NCBI GenBank assembly: GCA_020832705.1
Contig: JAFIEE010000002.1
Coordinates: forward strand, 478 to 64,477
Length of the DNA stretch: 64,000 nucleotides
Direction: 5' to 3'
From: Paracoccaceae bacterium
GTDB lineage: Bacteria > Pseudomonadota > Alphaproteobacteria > Rhodobacterales > Rhodobacteraceae
Shown here in pieces: positions 57,176-64,000 of the stretch. How positions within the stretch are numbered: position 1 is the first letter of the stretch; each line of letters begins with the position of its first letter. The notes under the pieces were generated by a model. The model was not told the DNA's origin, did not search any database, and saw nothing but the letters and a program-made list of their open reading frames with translations. Both the position numbers and the translations under genes were made by a program.

Positions 57176-57997
57176 TTATTGCCGCGCTGTCCGGCTGAGC
57201 GAAACATTCCGCCGGGTGTAGAATTCCCCCATCAACCCCAGCACCAGCACCGCCAGCGCAAAATACAACGGATAGGCCAGCGAGGTGTTGAACGGGTTGT
57301 AATTGATGAACGTGTAGCCGCGCGCCTGATCGATCAGGTGAAACAGCGGGTTCCAGGTGAAATAGGGCAGGAAACTGGCGGGCAGGGTGTTCGCCACCAG
57401 CATCTTGCCCGAGGCGATCATGTTGAACCGCGTGTAGATCTGGGTCACCAGCTTGACCGCATTCGGCGCCCAGGGCTTGATTGCCAGCAGCACCATGCCG
57501 ATGGCCACGCCCGCCAGCCATGCCAGGAGCAGCACGCCAAAGGCTGCCGCAGGCTGGTGCACCTCCAGTGGTGTCCAGAGCGCGTGATACAGGAACAGCA
57601 CCGCAAACAGTGACAAAACCTGAATGTAAAGCTCGCCCAGCGCCGCGCCGCCGATGGCGACGATGGTGTTCATCGGCGCGTGCTTCATCATCGGCGAGGT
57701 CGGCCCCTCGGACCCCGCGACCGCCGACAGCGCCTTGACGTGGCACATGAACAGGAAGATGCCGGTCATCAGGAACAGCAGGAAATCGCCCCTGAGCCCC
57801 GCGCCCCGCAGCCCGATGAAGGCAAACACCGCCCAGAATACCAGCACCAGCGCCAGGGTCTGGGCAATGTTGATCATCAGCCCGACAAGCGCGTTGCCAT
57901 GCCCCTTGCGGATCGACCGCACCGCAGCGTGAAAGATCAGCTCCAGCAGGCCGATGGTGACCAGCACGGCGGGGTCGCGGCGGGGATGGCCTGTCAT
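57176..57997 (-). CDS. ABC-2 type polysaccharide export permease (KpsM-like)
   Basis: GDFLLFLMTGIFLF, MIASG, WNPLFHLIDQARG; next to cysQ/galU; start uncertain. Confidence 0.8.
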   Translation of the reverse strand: MTGHPRRDPAVLVTIGLLELIFHAAVRSIRKGHGNALVGLMINIAQTLALVLVFWAVFAFIGLRGAGLRGDFLLFLMTGIFLFMCHVKALSAVAGSEGPTSPMMKHAPMNTIVAIGGAALGELYIQVLSLFAVLFLYHALWTPLEVHQPAAAFGVLLLAWLAGVAIGMVLLAIKPWAPNAVKLVTQIYTRFNMIASGKMLVANTLPASFLPYFTWNPLFHLIDQARGYTFINYNPFNTSLAYPLYFALAVLVLGLMGEFYTRRNVSLSRTARQ

Positions 57998-58100
57998 GCG
58001 CGTAAGGGTCCGTTCCTTGCCAGCAGTCGCAAGAGGCAGCATAAGGCAACGGCTGCAACTACTCAACTTTATCCCCCGATTGCGCAGAAAGGGTTACCAT

Positions 58101-58895
58101 ATGCCGTCCGACCAGATCGAAACCGTGTTCCGTGACCTTGCACTAAAGGCAGGAGCCGCGATCATGGCGATCCATGACCAGCCCGATATCGCGGTGCGCG
58201 CCAAGTCCGACGACTCGCCGGTGACCGCCGCTGACATGGCCGCTGACCGGGTCATCGCCGAAGGGCTGGCGCAGGCATTCCCGGACATTGCGCTGATCAC
58301 CGAGGAGCGCGCCGAGAGCCACAGCACGCAGGCGTCGCGCTTCATCATCGTGGACCCGCTGGACGGCACCAAGGAATTCGTGCGCCGCGGGGGGGATTTC
58401 ACGGTGAATATCGCGCTGGTCGAGGGCGGCGTGCCGGTGCGCGGCGTCGTCTACGCCCCGGCGCGCGGGCGGCTGTTCCTGACCCGCGCCGATGGCACCA
58501 GTGTCGAGGAAACCGGCCCCTTCGGCCCGGCACCCGGCACGCTCAAGCCACTGCGCGTGGCCACGCCCGACAATGCCGCGTTGCGCGTGGTGGCGTCGAA
58601 ATCGCACCGGGATGCCGCGACCGACGCCTATATCGCCCGCTACCGGGTTGCCGACATGGTCAGTGCCGGATCGTCGCTCAAGTTCTGCCTTGTTGCGGCG
58701 GGCGAGGCCGATCTCTACCCGCGGCTCGGGCGGACGATGGAATGGGACACCGCCGCCGGAGATGCGGTGCTGCGCGGCGCGGGCGGCACGGTGCTGCGCT
58801 TCGATGACCATAGCCCGCTGACCTATGGCAAGCCGGGTTTCGAAAACCCGTTCTTCATCGCGCACGCGCCGGGCGTTGCGCTGGTATCAAGCTGA
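58101..58895 (+). CDS. cysQ: 3'(2'),5'-bisphosphate nucleotidase
   Basis: KSDDSPVTAAD, VDPLDGTKEF, FTVNIAL, GSSLKFC, TMEWDTAAG. Confidence 0.93.
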   Translation: MPSDQIETVFRDLALKAGAAIMAIHDQPDIAVRAKSDDSPVTAADMAADRVIAEGLAQAFPDIALITEERAESHSTQASRFIIVDPLDGTKEFVRRGGDFTVNIALVEGGVPVRGVVYAPARGRLFLTRADGTSVEETGPFGPAPGTLKPLRVATPDNAALRVVASKSHRDAATDAYIARYRVADMVSAGSSLKFCLVAAGEADLYPRLGRTMEWDTAAGDAVLRGAGGTVLRFDDHSPLTYGKPGFENPFFIAHAPGVALVSS

Positions 58896-59207
58896 AGCCG
58901 CCCTGACCCGGTGCGCAGCCGCAGGCTTCCCATGGCCGACAATACGTCCGGGGAAGTGGCCGCTTAAGGGTGACGCGGGCAGCGCCCCCACCTTTCCCGA
59001 CGACAGGCGGCGAGCGCGCACGCTCCGGTTGCAGTGCTGCAAATGTGGCGGGCAGGCTGCGCATTTTCCCAGCAATTTTCACGATCCACGCCGATTCGGC
59101 CGCAAATACGCCCCGAACCGGGGCCAGAAGCTTGCCTTGCGGCACATGTGGCACAGGCTCAGCGGTGCACGTGAAGGCAGCAATGAAAAGCAGATGGAGT
59201 TTCCTGA

Positions 59208-60101
59208 ATGAAACATAAGGTGACCAAGGCCGTCTTTCCCGTCGCAGGTATGGGGACCCGGTTCCTTCCGGCCACGAAATCCGTTCCCAAGGAGATCATG
59301 ACGCTGGTGGACCGCCCGCTGATCCAGTACGCGATCGACGAGGCCCGCGCCGCCGGGATCACCGAATTCATCTTCGTGACCTCGCGCGGGAAGGGCGCGC
59401 TGGAGGATTACTTCGACCGCGCGCCGGAGCTTGAAGCCTCGCTCCGCGCGAAGGGCAAGACCGAGCTTCTGGAGACGCTGGAAGCAACCAACATGGATTC
59501 AGGTGCCATCGCCTATGTGCGCCAGCATCAGGCGCTGGGGCTGGGCCACGCCGTGTGGTGCGCGCGCCATCTGATCAAGGACGAGCCCTTTGCCGTGCTG
59601 CTGCCCGATGACGTGATTGCCGCCGAAAAGCCCTGCCTGAAGCAGATGGTCGAAGCCTATGCCGATACCGGCGGCAGCATGGTCGCGGCGATGGAGGTGC
59701 CGCGCGACAAGGTTCATGCCTATGGCGTGCTGGATGTGCACCCGGCGATCCGGTCGGTGCTGCCGGTCAAGGGGATGGTGGAAAAGCCCGCCGCAGGCAC
59801 CGAGCCGTCGAACCTGGCGGTGATCGGTCGTTACATCCTGTCGCCCGACGTGATGCGGCATCTGGACAATGTCACCCCCGGCGCGGGCGGCGAGATCCAG
59901 TTGACCGACGCCATCGCCGCCCAGATCGCGGCCACCAACAACGTCTATGGCTACCGCTTCAATGGTCAGCGCTTCGACTGCGGCTCCAAGGCCGGATTCC
60001 TGCAGGCGACGCTCGCCTTCGGACTGGCGCGGGATGACCTGCGCGACGAACTGGAAGCCTACATGCACGACCTGATCGCCCTGCGGCAGGCGGCCGAGTA
60101 G
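59208..60101 (+). CDS. galU: UTP--glucose-1-phosphate uridylyltransferase
   Basis: AVFPVAGMGTRFLPATKSVPKE, LGLGHAV, VEKP, GEIQLTDA, FDCGSK. Confidence 0.96.
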   Translation: MKHKVTKAVFPVAGMGTRFLPATKSVPKEIMTLVDRPLIQYAIDEARAAGITEFIFVTSRGKGALEDYFDRAPELEASLRAKGKTELLETLEATNMDSGAIAYVRQHQALGLGHAVWCARHLIKDEPFAVLLPDDVIAAEKPCLKQMVEAYADTGGSMVAAMEVPRDKVHAYGVLDVHPAIRSVLPVKGMVEKPAAGTEPSNLAVIGRYILSPDVMRHLDNVTPGAGGEIQLTDAIAAQIAATNNVYGYRFNGQRFDCGSKAGFLQATLAFGLARDDLRDELEAYMHDLIALRQAAE

Positions 60102-60143
60102 GGCCGCCGCCCGCGAGAGGCTGAAGGCGACCGGCACGGAAAG

Positions 60144-60202
60144 GCCGGAAACGGCGCGCGCCGTTTCCGGCGTCTTGTTTGAGTATTTCTGGCAAGAAAA
60201 TG
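60144..60202. terminator. Perfect 28-bp palindrome (likely bidirectional terminator) followed by the repeat tail
   Basis: GCCGGAAACGGCGCGCGCCGTTTCCGGC (60144-60171), then GAGTATTTCTGGCAAGAAAATG (60181-60202), between convergent galU and fabI. Confidence 0.65.
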
Positions 60203-60245
60203 CAGGGGGCGTGCGGCAGGCTGGCGCAACCGTCACCGGAGCGGG

Positions 60246-61034
60246 TCAGATATTGTCCGCCCGCGGCATGCCCATGATGTGATAGCCGCCGTCCACATGC
60301 ACGATCTCGCCGGTGGTGTGGCGGCCGTAGTCCGAGGCCAGCCAGGCGGCCGCGCCGCCCACGGCATCGAGCGCGGCATTGGTGCGCAGGGGGGCGTTTT
60401 CCTCGGCGTGGCGATAGGTCTTGCGCGCCCCGCCGATGGCCGCCCCGGCCAGTGTCTTCATCGGGCCGGGGCTGAGCGCGTTGACGCGGATGCCCTGCGG
60501 GCCGAGGTCATTGGCGAGGTAGCGCACAGTCGATTCCAGCGCCGCCTTGGCCACGCCCATGACGTTGTAGAAGGGCGTGACCCGGTTCGATCCCTGAAAG
60601 GTCACGGTCAGCAGCGTGCCGCCCTCGGGCATGAGTTCCGAGGCCCGGCGCGCGGCATCGATGAAGCTGTAGCAGGAGATATCCAGCGAATTGGCGAAAT
60701 TGGCGCGGCTGGTGTGGATGAAACGCCCGGTCAGTTCCGACTTGTCCGAAAACGCGATGGCGTGGACCAGGAAATCCAGCGTCCCCCAGCGATCGGCCAG
60801 CGTGGCGAAGGCGGCGTCCATGGCGGCATCATCGGACACATCCACATCCAGCAGCAGGTCGGACCCCACGCTTTCCGCCAGCGGCGCCAGACGGCGCCCG
60901 AAGGCCTCGCCCTGATGGGTGAAGGCCAGTTCGGCGCCCTCGGCGGCCATGACCTGCGCGATGCCCCAGGCGATGGAGCGTTCGTTCGCCACGCCCATCA
61001 CCAGCCCGCGTTTGCCGCGCATCAACTCTGCCAT
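60246..61034 (-). CDS. fabI: Enoyl-ACP reductase
   Basis: GVANERSIAWGIA, VHAIAFS, YNVMGVAKAALE, SPGPMKTLA. Confidence 0.93.
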   Translation of the reverse strand: MAELMRGKRGLVMGVANERSIAWGIAQVMAAEGAELAFTHQGEAFGRRLAPLAESVGSDLLLDVDVSDDAAMDAAFATLADRWGTLDFLVHAIAFSDKSELTGRFIHTSRANFANSLDISCYSFIDAARRASELMPEGGTLLTVTFQGSNRVTPFYNVMGVAKAALESTVRYLANDLGPQGIRVNALSPGPMKTLAGAAIGGARKTYRHAEENAPLRTNAALDAVGGAAAWLASDYGRHTTGEIVHVDGGYHIMGMPRADNI

Positions 61035-61049
61035 GCCCCGTTCCCCCGC

Positions 61050-62279
61050 TCAGCCGTCGAACCGGCTCATGACCAGCGTGGCGTTGGTGCCGCCGAAGCC
61101 GAAGCTGTTGGACAGCACGCTGTCGAATTCCACGCCTTCGCGCAGTTCGGTGGCGATTTCCGCGGGGCGGATACCGGGGTCCAGCTCGGTCACATTGGCC
61201 GAGGCCGCGATGAACCCGCCCTGCATCATCAGCAGGGAATAGATCGCCTCGTGCACGCCGGTGGCGCCGAGCGAATGCCCGGTCAGCGACTTGGTCGAGG
61301 CGATGGGCGGCACGTTGCCTTCGCCGAAGATGCGGCGCACGGCTTCGACCTCGGTCACATCGCCCGCCGGGGTCGAGGTGCCATGGGCGTTGATGTAGCT
61401 GATCTTGCGCCCCTCCGGCAGGGTGTCCAGCGCGAGCCGCATGGAGCGCTCGCCCCCCTCGCCCGAAGGTGCCACCATGTCATGCCCGTCCGAGGTGGCG
61501 CCATAGCCCGTCAGTTCGGCATAGATCTTCGCGCCGCGCGCCTTCGCGTGCTCCAGCTCCTCCAGCACCAGCACCCCCCCGCCGCCGCCGATCACGAACC
61601 CGTCGCGGGTGGCATCGAACGGGCGCGAGGCGGTTTCCGGCGCGTCGTTGTACTTGCTGGACATGGCACCCATGGCATCGAAGAGGCACGAGAGCGTCCA
61701 GTCCAGTTCCTCGCCGCCGCCGGCAAAGACGATGTCCTGCTTGCCCATCTGGATCAGCTCGGCGCCGTTGCCGATGCAATGCGCACTGGTCGAACAGGCC
61801 GAGGTGATGGAGTAGTTCACGCCCTTGATCTTGAATGGCGTGGCCAGACAGGCCGAATTGGTGGAGGACATGCAGCGCGTGACCATGAACGGCCCCATCC
61901 GCTTGGGGCTGCCCTTTTCCACCACGATCTTGTGGGCGCTGAACAGTTGCGAGGTGGACGGCCCGCCCGAGCCCACCACCAGCCCGGTGCGCGGGCTTGA
62001 CACGTCGCCCGGCTCCAGCCCGGCGTCGGCGATGGCCTGTTCCATGGCAATGAAGTTATAGGCCGCACCCGGCCCCATGAAGCGCAGGTTGCGCTTGTCG
62101 ATATGGTCTTCCAGCGTGATCTGCGGCAGGCCATGAACCTGGCTGCGGAACCCGTGTTCGGCGTATTCGGGCGCAAAGACGATCCCCGAACGCCCCGCGC
62201 GCAGGCTTTCGCTGACCTCGGCGGCGGTGTTGCCGATGGGCGAGACCACGCCCAGCCCGGTGATGACGACGCGACGCAT
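61050..62279 (-). CDS. fabB: Beta-ketoacyl-ACP synthase I
   Basis: [43 protein letters not shown]. Confidence 0.95.
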   Translation of the reverse strand: MRRVVITGLGVVSPIGNTAAEVSESLRAGRSGIVFAPEYAEHGFRSQVHGLPQITLEDHIDKRNLRFMGPGAAYNFIAMEQAIADAGLEPGDVSSPRTGLVVGSGGPSTSQLFSAHKIVVEKGSPKRMGPFMVTRCMSSTNSACLATPFKIKGVNYSITSACSTSAHCIGNGAELIQMGKQDIVFAGGGEELDWTLSCLFDAMGAMSSKYNDAPETASRPFDATRDGFVIGGGGGVLVLEELEHAKARGAKIYAELTGYGATSDGHDMVAPSGEGGERSMRLALDTLPEGRKISYINAHGTSTPAGDVTEVEAVRRIFGEGNVPPIASTKSLTGHSLGATGVHEAIYSLLMMQGGFIAASANVTELDPGIRPAEIATELREGVEFDSVLSNSFGFGGTNATLVMSRFDG

Positions 62280-62502
62280 GGCGCCTCCCTTCGCTTGTTC
62301 GCACCCGTGTGTAGGGAAGTTGCGGCCATGGGGCAAGCGCGAAGCCGGACGCGCGGGGGTCGGCAGGCGGGCGTGCCGTGGCGGTCAGCCGCTAAACCTG
62401 TTGCGCGGTAAACGGTCGCTCGCTAGTCTCCGACCCGGTGTTGCGCCCGCCGGTCAACCGGCGAAGGGCGCACAACCCAAGACCAGAAACCTTTGGGAGG
62501 AT

Positions 62503-63465
62503 ATGATGACCTACAGATTTGCGGCGCTGGCCACGGCGGCAGCGCTTCTTGCGGCGCCGGTGCAGGCGCAGGACCTTTCGATCGCCACCGGCGGCACCGG
62601 CGGGGTGTATTTCCCGTATGGCGGCGGTCTGGCCGAAGTGATCAACCGCCACGTGGACGGGGCCACCGGCAGCGCCGAAGTCACCGGTGCCTCGGTCGAG
62701 AACGTGGCGCTGGTGTCGCGCGGCGACAGCGACCTTGCGCTGGCGCTGGCCGATACCGTGTATCAGGCGTTCCACGGCGAAGGCGCGTTCGAGGGCCGTC
62801 AGGTGGACGAGATCCGCGCGCTGGCGTCGATCTATCCCAATGCGGTGCAGATCGTCACGCTGGCCGACAGCGGAATCGAGAGCATCGACGACCTGCGCGG
62901 GCAGCGGGTGTCGGTGGGGGCGCCGGGGTCCGGCACCGAGGTCAGCGCCCAGACACTGCTGGCCGCCAACGGGATCACCTATGACGATTTCACGCCCGAG
63001 CGGCTGAACTTCAACGAAACGGCAGATGCGCTGCGCGATGGCGACATCGCCGCCGGGTTCTGGAGCGTGGGCCCGCCGACCAGCTCGATCATGAACCTGG
63101 CGACCACGCGCGACATCCGCATCGTCGCGCTGACCGAGGACCAGATCGCCGCCGCCATCGCGGCCGAGCCGACATTCGCCCCCTACACGCTGCGGGCGGG
63201 CACCTATGACGGCATGGACGAGGGCGTGCTGACGATCTCGACCCCGAACGTGCTGATCGTGCATGAGGATATGGACGACGATCTGGCCTACAATATCACC
63301 CGTGCCATGTTCGAAAACGTGGAGGAACTGATCGCCATTCACCCGGCGGCCAACGATACCACGATCGAATTCAGCATCGATTCGACTCCGATCCCGTTCC
63401 ATCCCGGCGCCATGCGCTACTTCGAGGAAGTCGGCGCGACGCCGCAGGACCACCAGCGTCCGTGA
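62503..63465 (+). CDS. TAXI family TRAP solute-binding protein
   Basis: IATGGTGGVYFPYG, TGASVENV, VSVGAPGSGT, IPFHPGA; GGAGG RBS. Confidence 0.92.
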   Translation: MMTYRFAALATAAALLAAPVQAQDLSIATGGTGGVYFPYGGGLAEVINRHVDGATGSAEVTGASVENVALVSRGDSDLALALADTVYQAFHGEGAFEGRQVDEIRALASIYPNAVQIVTLADSGIESIDDLRGQRVSVGAPGSGTEVSAQTLLAANGITYDDFTPERLNFNETADALRDGDIAAGFWSVGPPTSSIMNLATTRDIRIVALTEDQIAAAIAAEPTFAPYTLRAGTYDGMDEGVLTISTPNVLIVHEDMDDDLAYNITRAMFENVEELIAIHPAANDTTIEFSIDSTPIPFHPGAMRYFEEVGATPQDHQRP

Positions 63466-63935
63466 CCGACAGGTGCGCAGGGCGGGCAGCGATGTCCGCC
63501 CTGTTCGCGCTTGCCGTGCTTGCGGCGCCATCGTCGGTCGCCGGAACGCTGGTGATCGACACTCCGGATGGTCCGTTCGCCAGCGCCCCCATGCCCGAGG
63601 GGCAGGAACTGTGCCTTGAATGGGCGCATTCGGTGACCGGCGGCGCCGTGGCCGATTGCTTCGAGAACCGCGCCGGTCAGATGGTGCTGACACGCAGCTT
63701 CCTGCACGATTTCGCCGCCGGGCTGGGGATGCATCCGGAGCGCGGCACGCTGGTTTCCGCCCCCGGCGGCGGCTACTGGATCGAAGGGCTGGACACGGCC
63801 CTGCCCGGCAACCGGCTGGTCCTGCGCAGCGGCGGCGCGGCAGTCGGGCACCGCCTGACCCTGCCGGACGGCACCGGACTTGCCTTGCCGCGCCGCACAC
63901 GGCTGGTGCTGACCCTGACCCCTGCGGATGGATGA
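63462..63935 (+). CDS. DUF1850-like protein of the TAXI-TRAP operon
   Basis: LEWAHSVTGGAVADCF, HDFAAGLG; immediately follows the TAXI SBP. Confidence 0.7.
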   Translation: MTDRCAGRAAMSALFALAVLAAPSSVAGTLVIDTPDGPFASAPMPEGQELCLEWAHSVTGGAVADCFENRAGQMVLTRSFLHDFAAGLGMHPERGTLVSAPGGGYWIEGLDTALPGNRLVLRSGGAAVGHRLTLPDGTGLALPRRTRLVLTLTPADG

Positions 63936-64000
63936 CAGGCTGACATAATGACCCGGGGGCCCGGGCGCGGGGGCGGGGAGGCGGCCGGGCCGCGGGAGCG

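Noticed and set aside
58896-59207. Small ORFs or ncRNA between cysQ and galU
   Set aside because: No RBS-supported ORF or recognisable RNA motif; probably the galU promoter region
1408-60202. Repeats as a CRISPR array or IS ends
   Set aside because: Copies are dispersed rather than regularly spaced, with no cas or transposase genes and no evident target-site duplications
63948-64000. Start of a TRAP fused permease after the DUF1850-like gene
   Set aside because: Expected from context and an ATG is present, but only 53 nt of G-rich, possibly low-quality sequence is visible, too little to call

Overview
High-GC alphaproteobacterial chromosomal DNA, Rhodobacteraceae-like judging by gene content, a GTTC-N7-GTTC SOS box and the intergenic repeats. 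It holds about 61 CDS. I recognised no rRNA, tRNA, CRISPR array, IS, integrase or phage gene. Housekeeping and common genes: gloA end, alkB, trpB, hutC-hutF/hutI-hutH, potFGHI-like, cysQ, galU, fabB-fabI, and TRAP and TAXI transporters. Two uncharacterised catabolic islands stand out. (1) 6798-22097 is a divergent ~17-gene locus. It joins a non-phosphorylative sugar-acid toolkit (mutarotase, Gfo dehydrogenase, lactonase, two enolase-superfamily enzymes, split UxaA, SDR, RraA-type aldolase, sugar ABC importer) to CoA chemistry (family III CoA-transferase, two MaoC proteins) and a solute-binding protein that has no signal peptide. (2) 24807-35199 is a TetR/TTT-transporter/DUF993 locus with two matching GTAACC-N4-GGTT(A/C)(C/A) operators. 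Also notable are a LexA-box-controlled 101-aa tandem-repeat protein and a family of short intergenic repeats, one copy of which sits at an apparent synteny break. Two low-quality sequence patches (the hutH insertion and the TRAP SBP C-terminus) are probably assembly or read artefacts. Family assignments come from motif recognition, not database searches.
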